Numbered from the stretch's first letter, positions 1 to 11,503 are shown. The stretch: 64,000 nt of DNA from an uncultured bacterium (GCA_963780225.1 CAWAAX010000016.1:66505-130504); one strand, 5' to 3'. Translations and numbers: made by a program. Notes: a model not told the origin generated them from the sequence alone.

Positions 1-826
1 CGGCTCGGAGCTGGTTGGCCTGGTTCCCTTAAAACCGATGCTGGACGCGGGAAAGTTCTACCTGAAAAAACAGGGCAAGTCGGCCGGTGTCCCGGAAAAG
101 GAACTGGTGGAGATCGCCGTTCGTTCCCTGGGACTGGACCAACTGTCGGACTTCGATCCGGCCAAAAAGATAGTGGAATACAACTTCCTTAAACCGGCCC
201 CACTGATGTCACTGACCGCCAAGGCTTTTGTGGACGAGGTGTCTTCAGAATCCCCGGCCCCGGGCGGCGGCTCGGTGGCGGCCCTGGCCGGCAGCTTGTG
301 CGCGGCCCTTTCGGCCATGGTGGCCAATCTGACTGTCGGCAAGCCTGGTTACGAGAAGGTCTGGAAAGAGATGTCCGAACTGGCCGAACTGGGACAGGAG
401 ATCAAGGACAAACTGTCAAAAGCGGTGGACGAGGATACCAACGCCTTTAACGACCTGATGGAGGCCATGCGCCTGCCCAAGGGAACTCCGGAGCAGAAGG
501 TTTTCCGGGACAAGGCCATGGAGGAAGGATATAAAAAGGCGGCGGCAGTTCCGCTGGAGACCGCCAAAACCTGTTTGGAGGCCATGGAATTATCACTGAC
601 TGCGGCCCAAAAAGGTAACGCCAATTCGGCCTCGGACGCCGGGGTGGCGGCCCTGATGGCCCGGGCCGGGGTGGAAGGGGCCGGACTGAACGTGTTGATA
701 AACCTGGGTTCCATCAGGGACCAGGGGTTCGTTGCCGCCCACAAAAAGGAGGTGGCCGGGTTGAATTCCCGATCCGCCGAATTATGCCTGAAGGTTCTGG
801 AAGCCGTTTCCGGTAATATTAAATAA
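1..826 (+). CDS. Formimidoyltetrahydrofolate cyclodeaminase / methenyl-THF cyclohydrolase (FtcD C-terminal domain). 5' partial: the reading frame is open from base 2.
   Basis: Motif SPAPGGGSVAALAGSLCAALSAMVANLTVGK is typical of the cyclodeaminase domain. The frame has no stop upstream of Met38 back to the window edge. Confidence 0.8.
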   Translation, partial: GSELVGLVPLKPMLDAGKFYLKKQGKSAGVPEKELVEIAVRSLGLDQLSDFDPAKKIVEYNFLKPAPLMSLTAKAFVDEVSSESPAPGGGSVAALAGSLCAALSAMVANLTVGKPGYEKVWKEMSELAELGQEIKDKLSKAVDEDTNAFNDLMEAMRLPKGTPEQKVFRDKAMEEGYKKAAAVPLETAKTCLEAMELSLTAAQKGNANSASDAGVAALMARAGVEGAGLNVLINLGSIRDQGFVAAHKKEVAGLNSRSAELCLKVLEAVSGNIK

Positions 827-844
827 AAATAGTTTAAATAACTA

Positions 845-873
845 TTGATTTAAACCCTTGATTTTTGTATACT
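845..873 (+). promoter_or_regulatory. Sigma70-like promoter TTGATT-N17-TATACT upstream of the TPR gene
   Basis: -35 box at 845-850, 17-bp spacer, -10 box at 868-873, then the ATG at 901. Confidence 0.35.
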
Positions 874-900
874 TTAGTGTTGGTATTGGTTTAAAAAATA

Positions 901-2397
901 ATGCCTGATATAAAACGACTTAACGAACAAGCCCATCTCTTTTACCAAAAAGGCGAGTGGGAAAAAGCCCGCCGGGCTTACGAGCAGTTGACCATGGTCG
1001 ATGCCGAAAACCCGGAGCATGTGCTTACTTTGGCCAATATCTACCGGGAGACCGGGGAGGACCGCAAGGCTCTGGATCAGTACGAGGTGGCGGTACGGAT
1101 AGGAGAAAAAAACGGTGACCTGCCCCGTTCCATAGTGGCCGCCAAAAAGATTTTATCTATTGACAAGAGCCGGATAGAATTATATAATAAAGCAGGGGAT
1201 TTATACGCAAATAGTCTCTTAAAAAGCGGAGCCGTAAGGGAATGGCTTCGCTTTGCCGATCAGCTTAAGGTCCGCAATGATTTTGTGGCCATGTCTGCGG
1301 TGCACAAAAAAATAACCGCGTTGCTGCCGGAAAATCCTGGTTTGGCCGAACTGTCAAAAAAGATCGAACAGATGGTGGCCAAAATGGCCTCGGATAATTC
1401 CGAGGATGCCCCCGACCCGGCGGACATTGTACCCTATCACCGTTTGCTGGATGTGGCTTTGAAGATGGGCAATGCCAAAAAGATACTGGAGACCCAGCTG
1501 ACCTATGCCCGGGTTCTGCAAAAACGCGGCTTTGACCGCAAAGCCAAGTCCGTCTATCAAAAAATACTGGAGCGGGATCCCAAGAACGAGGAGGCTCTTT
1601 CCCGGATGTTGTCTTCTGGCGGCAACTCTTCAATGGACCAGATCCAGATGAAGGAAGAGTTGTTTTTGTTCTGCAAGGATTTTCAGGATGCGGTCTGGAC
1701 CAACATCAGCGAAGCTTACGAGAAATATTATGACATCGGCATGCTTTACCGCGAAGTGGGTCTGCGCGACGATGCTATTGCAGAATTTCAGATGGCCATC
1801 AAGGGTGGGAAAAGTCAGTTGAAAGGTTTTGAGATGCTGGCCATCTCATTCCTGGAACAGGGCGATTACGGACTGGCCCGGGAGGTTTTAAGCCAGGGCA
1901 TCTCGGTAAAAAAGTTTTTGGACAATGAATATGTGGGGCTACACTACAACCTGGGTCTGGCCCACGAACAATTAAGGAATCGCCAAAAGGCTCTGGAGGA
2001 ATACGAGCAGGTTTATGTTTTGGATATCAACTACAAGGATGTGGCCCAACGGATGCGGAGGCTGTTGGAACAGGGCAATCCGGATCCGTCCCAGCCGGAG
2101 CCAACATCAGCAACAGAGCCGGGGTCGGCCGCCGTTAAAACTCTGGAAGCCGGACCCGAAATAATGTTGAAAGAATCGGGACCGGAATTGGAAGAAACTA
2201 TGGGGCCGGAACTGCCCGGCTTGGACGAAGAGGTTCAGACTGAGGAAACATTCGGCGACAGCAAAGTGGAGGTCATTATGGAACAACCTTCCCAGCCAGC
2301 CTCCAAACCGGAATCGGGAAAAATCTCCCGGCCGTCCCAAACACAGGACGACGATCCGTATTTAGGGTCCAACCAACAGGGCATTTCATTTTTGTAA
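901..2397 (+). CDS. Tetratricopeptide repeat protein with an acidic C-terminal tail
   Basis: Degenerate TPR-like helical repeats run through the protein. The C-terminal region is paralogous to the C-terminus of the ORF at 3325-5799. Confidence 0.7.
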   Translation: MPDIKRLNEQAHLFYQKGEWEKARRAYEQLTMVDAENPEHVLTLANIYRETGEDRKALDQYEVAVRIGEKNGDLPRSIVAAKKILSIDKSRIELYNKAGDLYANSLLKSGAVREWLRFADQLKVRNDFVAMSAVHKKITALLPENPGLAELSKKIEQMVAKMASDNSEDAPDPADIVPYHRLLDVALKMGNAKKILETQLTYARVLQKRGFDRKAKSVYQKILERDPKNEEALSRMLSSGGNSSMDQIQMKEELFLFCKDFQDAVWTNISEAYEKYYDIGMLYREVGLRDDAIAEFQMAIKGGKSQLKGFEMLAISFLEQGDYGLAREVLSQGISVKKFLDNEYVGLHYNLGLAHEQLRNRQKALEEYEQVYVLDINYKDVAQRMRRLLEQGNPDPSQPEPTSATEPGSAAVKTLEAGPEIMLKESGPELEETMGPELPGLDEEVQTEETFGDSKVEVIMEQPSQPASKPESGKISRPSQTQDDDPYLGSNQQGISFL

Positions 2398-2413
2398 TGC
2401 TTTAAGGAGCTCC

Positions 2414-3289
2414 ATGGATTACGAACGTTTTTTTAAACTGAGCGCCGACCCTTTTTCCAACGTACCCGATAGCCGGTTTTACTATGACAGCCCGCAGCAC
2501 AGCAACGCCATCATCAGGCTGGCTCACGTGGCCGAGCGAATGCGGGGATTGGGAGTATTAATAGGCGAAGTGGGATCGGGCAAGACCATGCTGGCCCGCC
2601 GCCTGCTGGACATCTTAAGGGAAGACGGGCGGTTTGAAACTTCGTTATTGATCCTGACCCACGCCGAATTCAGTCCCATTTGGTTTTTGCGCCGGATCGG
2701 CTCATTGCTGGGGATCAAGGAACTTTCCGAGGATAAGACCCAGGTTTCTTCAGCGGTGGCCCGGCGCCTGATGGAGCTCCATGCTGAAGGGCGCAAGCCG
2801 GTGATCCTGATAGACGAGGCCAATTTATTGCGGGGACAGGCCATCCTGGAGGAAGTGCGGGGGCTGCTGAATTTGGAGCTTTCCGACGTCCGGCTGATAA
2901 CCTTCATCCTGTTCGGCATGGCCGAGATCGAGCAGAACCTTTTGGTGGACTCTTCGCTTAACCAGAGAGTGGCCGTAAAATATTACCTTGACGCATTGGA
3001 TCAGGCCGCCATCAAAGAATATGTCCAGCACCGGCTGGTGATCGCCGGGCGGGAGGAGGAACTATTTACCGAGACCGCCTATGAGCTGATCGCCCGGTAC
3101 TCCCAGGGGCATCCCCGGCTGATCAACGCCATCTGCGACAACTGCCTGATAGAGGGATATCTTTTGGAAAAGGACATGCTGGACGCATCGGTGGTCCAGA
3201 CGGTGGTTTATAACCTGGGGATCGACCGGGGACATGAGGAACAGATTCCGGCCAGCGAGACTGCGGTGGGCAGCGACTACCAGTTCTGA
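2414..3289 (+). CDS. ExeA/MshM-like AAA ATPase (general secretion pathway protein A family), without a peptidoglycan-binding domain
   Basis: N-terminal FxxxPF motif (FKLSADPFSNVPDSRFYY). Walker A GEVGSGKT and Walker B ILIDEA. Length 291 aa. Confidence 0.75.
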   Translation: MDYERFFKLSADPFSNVPDSRFYYDSPQHSNAIIRLAHVAERMRGLGVLIGEVGSGKTMLARRLLDILREDGRFETSLLILTHAEFSPIWFLRRIGSLLGIKELSEDKTQVSSAVARRLMELHAEGRKPVILIDEANLLRGQAILEEVRGLLNLELSDVRLITFILFGMAEIEQNLLVDSSLNQRVAVKYYLDALDQAAIKEYVQHRLVIAGREEELFTETAYELIARYSQGHPRLINAICDNCLIEGYLLEKDMLDASVVQTVVYNLGIDRGHEEQIPASETAVGSDYQF

Positions 3290-3324
3290 GATTAACAACA
3301 AATATTCCGATTTACTAAAAACAA

Positions 3325-5799
3325 GTGGCAAAAGTTGATCAAATAAGGGCCAAAGCGGCCGAATATTTCCAGAAAGGCGATTACGCCAAGGCGGTGCTGG
3401 AGTACAAAAAGGTGTTGGAGCTGGAGCCCGGCAACGCCAGTGTGTACAATTTCATCGGCGACGCCTTCGTCAAGCTCAACAACATCGACGAGGCGGTCTC
3501 CAATTACATGGAAGCGGCCAAGGGTTACGGCAATGACGCTCTTTACAACAACGCCATAGCGGTCTGCAAGAAGATCCTCCGCAGCAAAAAGGATGATCCC
3601 GAGATATACAAGATGCTGGGAGACTTGTATATTCAGCAAGGCCTGATCAACGAGGCCATCACCAATCTGCTGGAGTATTCGGAGCGCAAGATCAAGGAGG
3701 GCAAACCCGACCTGGCTTTCCCGGTCTATCACCAGATCGTGGAACTGAACCCCCAGAACCTGGCCATCCGCTCCAAGCTGGCGGATATGTACCTGTCTCA
3801 AAAACGGGTGCCGCAAGCCATAGAGGAATTTACCAAGCTGGCCCAGGCCTACCGGGAGAACGGACGTCTGATCGAGGCCGAGGCGATTGACGCCAAGGTC
3901 CGCAGCATGAAGGGCGAAACTGCCCCTCCCAGCGCAGTCGCTCCGGCCCCGGCTCCCGAGATCAGGCCCCAGCAGGTGATAGACGAGTTGACCCACCACC
4001 ATGCCAGTCCCGAGATCAATTTGGAAGTCCCGCCCCAGCGGGGAAACCAAGCGATGGATGTTCCAACGCTGTCCATCCAAAAAGAAACAGAGCAGCCGAT
4101 CGTCCCCGAGCGTTCCAAACAGGATTGGGCCACCAACGTGGAACTGGGAGATCTGCTGGTGGAGATCGGGTCCGTCCAGGAGGCTCTGGACCAATATCAT
4201 ACTGCTGCCAACGGCTACTTAGGCGACGGCAACATCAATAAATCCATTGCCATTTACAAGAAGATCGCGGAACTGCAGCCGCTGGAGCTGAGGAGCCGGC
4301 AGAAATTAGTGGAGATCTCACTGCAGTCCAATCAGCCCGAAGCCATGGTGGATGCCTATCTGGGCCTGGCCGAATGTCTTTACCGCCGGGAATTGAAGGA
4401 ACAGGCGGCCGCAGTCTATCAAAAAGTGCTGGAAATAGACCCGGTCAACGAGACCGCCCTGGAAAGCCTTTCCCTGCTGCTACCGGAGATGCCGGAAGGC
4501 GGCATGGATATGCCGGGTTTCCAGGTCCAGCCCGAACCCAAAGCCCCGTACCAGCCGTCCCTTAGCATTCAGCCGCCTTCGATTACCATCCAACCGCAGG
4601 TCATGGAACCTGAGGCTGCGCCTTCCACCGGTTTTGATTTTGCATCCATTCAACCGGCAGTCCAGCCCCAGCCCGAAGAGACCTCCGAAGGAACACCCAG
4701 TTGGCAATTGCCGGTTCAGGAACCTGGGGCGGTTCCGACCGATCAAAGTTTTTTGCATTCCCAGCCCCAGGAAGAACAGGAAGAAGAGCCCAGGCATTTG
4801 ACTGCTCAGCCTCAAGAGGAACAGCCAAAAGAGGATGGCAATGTCCACTGGGGGCGGGAGATGGTGGAAGGGGGCCGGCAATCGCGGGTCAAGTTCAGCG
4901 TGGCCGATGACGAACAATCCCAAGCGCCCCAGGCCCAGGAGGAATATCTTTCCCTGAACGATATTTTGGCCGAGTTCAAGGAGGGCGTCTATCAGAGCAT
5001 CAAACAGGAAGATTTTCAGGGGCATTACGACCTGGGCATCGCCTACAAGGAAATGGGCCTGGTGCAGGAAGCCATTGCCGAATTCCAGATATCATCCAAG
5101 GGAGAAAAGGAGAGGCTAAAGTCTTTTGAGATGCTGGGGATCTGCTTTATGGAACGGGGGGAATACAAGTTCGCCATCCGTCAGATGGAACGAGGCCTGG
5201 CCACCCCGGGTTACGAGGAAGAGGCTTATATGGGCCTGCGCTATAACCTGGCCCAGTCCTACGAAAATCTGGGGGAGATCGATAACGCCGTTAAAGCTTA
5301 CGAAGAAATATACTCGATAGATGTATCCTTTAAGGATGTAACCCAAAAACTTCAGCAGCTTAAGTCGGCAGCAGCAGTCCCGCCCCGGAAACCAGCACCG
5401 GCGCAACCGGCCAGGGCTCCGGCTCCGGCAGACCTGCCCCAGCGTCAGATGGTTTCCCAAACCCAGTCTCAGTCTGGGCCTCCGCCAAGACCAACGCCCC
5501 AACCAGTTTCCCCGCCCCGTCCGGCACCGGCTGCTCCCCAGCCCCAGTTTCAACCGCCTTCCCAGCCAGCTCCCCAGCCGGTGGCCCGGCCCAGCATAGC
5601 ACAGCCTCAGATGCAGCCGCAATACCAGCAACCGGCGCCCCGGCCATCTATGTCTCCGGCCGCTCCGGCGTATGCTCCACAGCCTCCAGCCCGGGCTCAG
5701 GAAGAAGCCCTCCTGCCTGAAATGGATGCCTCGCCCAAACCAAAACCAATTCCGTCCAAGCTTAAAAAGCCGGAGAAACAGAGAATCTCTTACGTTTAA
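3325..5799 (+). CDS. TPR repeat protein with a long Pro/Gln-rich low-complexity C-terminus (GTG start)
   Basis: TPR repeats at the N-terminus and in the middle. A C-terminal block is paralogous to 901-2397 (FEMLGICFMERGEY versus FEMLAISFLEQGDY). The PQ-rich tail is PAPAQPARAPAP and similar. Confidence 0.7.
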   Translation: MAKVDQIRAKAAEYFQKGDYAKAVLEYKKVLELEPGNASVYNFIGDAFVKLNNIDEAVSNYMEAAKGYGNDALYNNAIAVCKKILRSKKDDPEIYKMLGDLYIQQGLINEAITNLLEYSERKIKEGKPDLAFPVYHQIVELNPQNLAIRSKLADMYLSQKRVPQAIEEFTKLAQAYRENGRLIEAEAIDAKVRSMKGETAPPSAVAPAPAPEIRPQQVIDELTHHHASPEINLEVPPQRGNQAMDVPTLSIQKETEQPIVPERSKQDWATNVELGDLLVEIGSVQEALDQYHTAANGYLGDGNINKSIAIYKKIAELQPLELRSRQKLVEISLQSNQPEAMVDAYLGLAECLYRRELKEQAAAVYQKVLEIDPVNETALESLSLLLPEMPEGGMDMPGFQVQPEPKAPYQPSLSIQPPSITIQPQVMEPEAAPSTGFDFASIQPAVQPQPEETSEGTPSWQLPVQEPGAVPTDQSFLHSQPQEEQEEEPRHLTAQPQEEQPKEDGNVHWGREMVEGGRQSRVKFSVADDEQSQAPQAQEEYLSLNDILAEFKEGVYQSIKQEDFQGHYDLGIAYKEMGLVQEAIAEFQISSKGEKERLKSFEMLGICFMERGEYKFAIRQMERGLATPGYEEEAYMGLRYNLAQSYENLGEIDNAVKAYEEIYSIDVSFKDVTQKLQQLKSAAAVPPRKPAPAQPARAPAPADLPQRQMVSQTQSQSGPPPRPTPQPVSPPRPAPAAPQPQFQPPSQPAPQPVARPSIAQPQMQPQYQQPAPRPSMSPAAPAYAPQPPARAQEEALLPEMDASPKPKPIPSKLKKPEKQRISYV

Positions 5800-5813
5800 A
5801 AAACGGTGTTTTA

Positions 5814-8147
5814 ATGGACAGAGCTCCGGCCCTGAAGGTGTTTTTATTGTTTTCCCTCGGGATACTGGCCGCTTCGGCGGTTAGTGTCCCGATTGTTTTT
5901 GCCGTCTCGATGGTCCTGATTTTTCTGCTGCTCACTATCGCTTTTCGCGCCAAAGGCAGGACATCTCAGTTTTGGCTGGCGCTGCTGATCATTTCAGCCG
6001 GATTTTTTGGGTATCAGATCAGGATCGCCGTCAAAGACTGTCAGTGGCAGGAGGGAAGGCAGCAGATTGCCATGGTGCAGGTGGTTTCCGAGCCCCAAGC
6101 CAACGAAGGCCGGTACCGTTTCACCGCCCAGGTGCTTTCCTATTTGGACAGCAGCGATGTCTGGCAACCTGCTAATTTCAAGCTGCTGGCCAGGGCCGGA
6201 GCGGATCCGGAGCACCTTCCCCGTTACGGCGAACTGCTGTTAGTGCAGGGAAAATGGAACCTGCTCCCGCAAAGGCGCAATCCCGGCGGCTTCGATTACC
6301 GGGCTTACCTGGACCGCAGCGAGGTCCGGGGTTCTCTCAGCCTGGATCACATAAAACTGGTAGAGACAGACAGAGGTAATTGGCTGATTTCAAAGATTGT
6401 AATCCCGGTCCGGCAGTACATCCGGGGGCTGGCGGACAAATTCCTCCAGGGAGACGAAGCGGCCCTGCTGTTGGGTTTGGCTTTGGGCGAGCGCAGCGGG
6501 CTTTCGGCCAGGGTGCAGGAAGCCTTCTCAAATACCGGAACCACACATGTTTTGGCGGTCTCCGGCCTGCATGTGGTGCTGGTGGCCTTCATATTGTTCC
6601 TGGCGCTTAGGATAGTCAGAATCCCCCGGCGTTGGGCAGCTTTAGGAACCTGCTTTGGATTGGTGTTTTATACGCTTCTTACAGGTTCGCCTCCCTCCAT
6701 AGTCCGGGCCGCCATTATGGCCGTAGCGGTGCTGATGGGAGGCATGTTTGAACGGCAGGGTAACGGCCTGAACATGCTGGGACTGGCCGGGTTGTTGATC
6801 CTGTTCTTCTGGCCCCAGTCTCTGTTTGACGTGGGTTTCCAGCTTTCTTTCGCCGCCACCGCCGGGATACTGGCCGTTACCCGGCCCATCCAATCCCAGC
6901 TGTTCAAGATCACTAAGAACGAAGTTCTGCGGGAATGGCTGTTATTGCCCCTGGCGGTCTCCCTGGCCGCCCAGATATTCACCGCCCCGTTCCTGGCCTA
7001 CCATTTCCACAAGATCCCGACCATATCTCTTTTAGCCAACCTGGTGGTGGTGCCGACCACCAACCTGCTTCTGGCCCTGGGACTTTTGATGGCCATGCTC
7101 TATCCCTTGGGCAATCTGGTGGTCTGGCCGATGGCCGCCTCGGCCTACGCCGCCAGTTGGATATCTTTGAGATCGGTGGAGCTGTTTGATATGGTCAAAT
7201 TCGGGGTCATAACCTGGCCGAGGCCTGATTTAAGTCAAACTTTAATTTATTCTGTTGCTTTAATTATTGTTTTTAACATCAATAAAATAAAGAAGATAGG
7301 ATTTGTAATTATAATATTTTTACTGGCTGTTTTGAATGTATTTGTCTGGCCCAAAACATTCGTAACTGAAGATAAATTAAAGGTAACTTTCTTAGATGTA
7401 GGGCAGGGGGATGCTGTTTTCATTCAATTTCCCAACGGCAAGACCATGCTGATAGATGCCGGACCCAGCCAGGAAAAATTTGACTCCGGCCAGCGGACCA
7501 TTTACCCGTTCCTGAAATACAAGGGCCTAAGCAACATTGATCTGGCTCTCATCAGCCACGGGGACGCCGACCATGCCGGAGGCTTTTCCTACCTGTTGTC
7601 GCATGTAAAGGTCAAAAAACTGATGATCTCCGGCCACCAATGCGACCAGCCCCTGTTCCTGGCGGCCATGGGGGTCGCATTAAAGACCAAGACCGATATA
7701 GATACCCTTTGGGGCTACGATACCTTGTCCGGCATTTCTCCCGCCCGGGGCTTTGTCTTCTGCCAGAGGGATTCGGCTTCGGATGCCAACGAGTCTTCCA
7801 TAGTCTGTTTCATCCAATACGGGGAAAAGTCATTCCTTTTCACCGGGGACATGGGCCCGCAGTTGGAGGACACGCTTTACGCCAAAGGTCTTTTGCCCAA
7901 ATGCACGGTGTTGAAGGTGCCGCACCATGGCTCGCACATCAACAATTCTCCGGCGGTTATCAAGGCCGTCAGCCCGGAACTTGCGGTGTTCCAGGTGGGC
8001 CAGAACAACCGGTTCGGGCACCCTTCGCCGGAGGTGGTGGAGGGATACCAGGCGGTGGGAACCAAGGTTTACCGGACTGATGAGCAGGGCGCAATTGAGA
8101 TGGAGACGGATGGGAGCAGGCTGGAAGTGAGGACGATGGTGGAGTGA
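5814..8147 (+). CDS. comEC: DNA internalization-related competence protein ComEC/Rec2
   Basis: Polytopic membrane N-terminus. Competence domain motif HVLAVSGLHV. C-terminal metallo-beta-lactamase motif HGDADHAGG. Confidence 0.85.
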   Translation: MDRAPALKVFLLFSLGILAASAVSVPIVFAVSMVLIFLLLTIAFRAKGRTSQFWLALLIISAGFFGYQIRIAVKDCQWQEGRQQIAMVQVVSEPQANEGRYRFTAQVLSYLDSSDVWQPANFKLLARAGADPEHLPRYGELLLVQGKWNLLPQRRNPGGFDYRAYLDRSEVRGSLSLDHIKLVETDRGNWLISKIVIPVRQYIRGLADKFLQGDEAALLLGLALGERSGLSARVQEAFSNTGTTHVLAVSGLHVVLVAFILFLALRIVRIPRRWAALGTCFGLVFYTLLTGSPPSIVRAAIMAVAVLMGGMFERQGNGLNMLGLAGLLILFFWPQSLFDVGFQLSFAATAGILAVTRPIQSQLFKITKNEVLREWLLLPLAVSLAAQIFTAPFLAYHFHKIPTISLLANLVVVPTTNLLLALGLLMAMLYPLGNLVVWPMAASAYAASWISLRSVELFDMVKFGVITWPRPDLSQTLIYSVALIIVFNINKIKKIGFVIIIFLLAVLNVFVWPKTFVTEDKLKVTFLDVGQGDAVFIQFPNGKTMLIDAGPSQEKFDSGQRTIYPFLKYKGLSNIDLALISHGDADHAGGFSYLLSHVKVKKLMISGHQCDQPLFLAAMGVALKTKTDIDTLWGYDTLSGISPARGFVFCQRDSASDANESSIVCFIQYGEKSFLFTGDMGPQLEDTLYAKGLLPKCTVLKVPHHGSHINNSPAVIKAVSPELAVFQVGQNNRFGHPSPEVVEGYQAVGTKVYRTDEQGAIEMETDGSRLEVRTMVE

Positions 8148-8204
8148 ATATATTCTTACTCAAATACCCAAGCTTTGGGTTTTTATATCTCAAACAATAT
8201 TCCA

Positions 8205-8233
8205 TTGACAGAATTTCCAATTTAAGGTAAACT
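8205..8233 (+). promoter_or_regulatory. Promoter TTGACA-N17-TAAACT upstream of pyrG
   Basis: TTGACA at 8205-8210, 17-bp spacer, TAAACT at 8228-8233. The same architecture occurs at holA and the tRNA-Gly promoters. Confidence 0.45.
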
Positions 8234-8267
8234 TAGCGCTTGTTTTAAATAATCTTATCGGAGATAC

Positions 8268-9884
<1,617 letters not shown>

Positions 9885-10004
9885 GCTATATAATGGGTGC
9901 CGCCTGCCCACGAAATACACGAAATGACGCGAAAATAATTTTCAGGTTACTATTCATAATGTACCAGTTACTAACCAATTGGTTTGTGCGGTAAGTCAAA
10001 CATT

Positions 10005-10032
10005 CTGCGTAAATCTGTGTAATCTGCGGATA
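10005..10032 (+). promoter_or_regulatory. Direct-repeat motif CTGCGTAAATCTGTGTAATCTGCGGATA (three TCTGYG units at about 10-bp phasing), also present upstream of leuS
   Basis: Near-identical 28-mer at 18578-18605 (CTGCGGAAATCTGTGAAATCTGCGGATA). Lies 14 bp upstream of the RBS (AAGGAG) and ATG of the gene at 10046. Confidence 0.4.
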
Positions 10033-10045
10033 GTAAGGAGAAACA

Positions 10046-11299
10046 ATGAAGCAAGTTCCTTTCCTGTTGAAACTGATGATGGGGCTGAGCTTGGTGGCCG
10101 CCATCGGCTCATCCATGATCTGGTTTGACCGCCAAAGCAAGCTGATGAAGATGTCCGAGCAGCTGGAGGCCGAAGGCGACCCGGGCAAACGGATAGAGCT
10201 GGCTAAAGGATTTCTTAAGAACACTTCCTGGCTGGACAAGAACGTCCAAAAAGGATTGTACGTCATCATTGCCCAGAACCATTCCCAGTTGGGCCAGGGG
10301 CCGGAGATGGCGGAAGGCTTCAAGTCCGCGATAACGATCGATCCCAAAGACCACAATCTGCTGAACAACCTGGCCTACGAATTGGCCAAGAACAAGACCG
10401 ATCTGGATTCGGCCGAGGCCTATTCCAAACGTTCTATCGAGCTGGCCAAGGAAGCGTTCAAGGCCAAACCCTGGGACATCACTCAGGAACGCTGGGACAG
10501 AACCAAGTCCCAGACCATCGGCAATTATTTGGACACATACGGATGGGTGTATTACCAGCAAGGAAATTATTTCAAGGCCTTGGAACAATTGCAGGAAGCC
10601 TTTAGATACATTCCCGAACCCACCATCGAATATCATCTCGGCCTGGCGTATTACCAAACCGGACAGCTCGATTCGGCCGTAACCCATCTGGCCGATGCCT
10701 TAGCCGGGCAGGTGGAGGATCCCCAGCAGACCAAAGCCGATTTTGAAATGGTCTATCTGGCCCGGTATAATAGTAAAAAGGGCATGGAAGACCTTTTGAC
10801 CAAGGCCAGGGACAAAAAGACGGCGGAGGAGATCAAGGCTGATTCAACCTCGGCCGCAACGGTGGTCGGCAGGCCGGCACCGGAGTTCAGCCTGCCTGAC
10901 CTGGACGGCGCAATGCACAAGCTTTCGGACCACCGGGGCAAGGTGGTGGTGCTGGACTTTTGGGCCACCTGGTGCCAGCCCTGCAAGATGAGCCTGCCCC
11001 TGGTAGACAAGGCCTTTCTGACCAGCCAGGGCAAAGAGGTCCTGTTCTTCGCCGTGAACCTGGAGGGAACCGACAAGAAAGACGTGGTAAGATCTTTCTG
11101 GAGCCAGAAGGGCTATGGTTTCCCGGTCCTGATGGGAGGGATGATGGGCAACGGCATAGACAAGGTCTACCAGATTACCGGGATCCCCACCACTTTTGTG
11201 ATAGACAAGAACGGAATAATCAAATACCGCCATATAGGCTACCGGCAGAACCTGGACCAGCTGTTGCTCAAGGAGATAGACGAATTATTGAAGCAGTAG
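10046..11299 (+). CDS. TPR-domain protein fused to a TlpA-like thioredoxin (thiol-disulfide oxidoreductase)
   Basis: N-terminal signal/transmembrane segment. TPR-like middle region. C-terminal redoxin active site WATWCQPC. Confidence 0.8.
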   Translation: MKQVPFLLKLMMGLSLVAAIGSSMIWFDRQSKLMKMSEQLEAEGDPGKRIELAKGFLKNTSWLDKNVQKGLYVIIAQNHSQLGQGPEMAEGFKSAITIDPKDHNLLNNLAYELAKNKTDLDSAEAYSKRSIELAKEAFKAKPWDITQERWDRTKSQTIGNYLDTYGWVYYQQGNYFKALEQLQEAFRYIPEPTIEYHLGLAYYQTGQLDSAVTHLADALAGQVEDPQQTKADFEMVYLARYNSKKGMEDLLTKARDKKTAEEIKADSTSAATVVGRPAPEFSLPDLDGAMHKLSDHRGKVVVLDFWATWCQPCKMSLPLVDKAFLTSQGKEVLFFAVNLEGTDKKDVVRSFWSQKGYGFPVLMGGMMGNGIDKVYQITGIPTTFVIDKNGIIKYRHIGYRQNLDQLLLKEIDELLKQ

Positions 11300-11320
11300 T
11301 CTTCCTGGAGCTGCAAAGGA

Positions 11321-11349
11321 TTGACAAATTTCCACAAATCTTGTAAAAT
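11321..11349 (+). promoter_or_regulatory. Promoter TTGACA-N17-TAAAAT for tRNA-Gly
   Basis: TTGACA at 11321-11326 and TAAAAT at 11344-11349, ending 10 bp before the tRNA 5' end. Confidence 0.45.
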
Positions 11350-11359
11350 CAGTATCGTT

Positions 11360-11434
11360 GCGGGTGTAGTTCAGTGGTAGAACGTCAGCTTCCCAAGCTG
11401 AATATTGTGGGTTCGATTCCCATCACCCGCTCCA
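11360..11434 (+). tRNA. tRNA-Gly(CCC), CCA encoded
   Basis: Manual cloverleaf. Acceptor stem GCGGGTG/CACCCGC. D-loop AGTTCAGTGGTAGAAC. Anticodon loop TTCCCAA. T-arm GTGGGTTCGATTCCCAT. Confidence 0.85.
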
Positions 11435-11440
11435 TTAATA

Positions 11441-11470
11441 AAACGTCTGACTAAATGCCAGACGTTTTTT
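11441..11470 (+). terminator. Rho-independent terminator after tRNA-Gly
   Basis: Hairpin ACGTCTG...CAGACGT followed by TTTTTT. Confidence 0.6.
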
Positions 11471-11503
11471 CAGTTTTCACAATATTGCTACTTTGAGTCC
11501 CAG

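Noticed and set aside
3292-4200. 302-aa minus-strand ORF antisense to the TPR gene
   Set aside because: Low-complexity composition. Fully contained in and antisense to a well-supported TPR CDS. Typical of spurious ORFs in GC-rich DNA.
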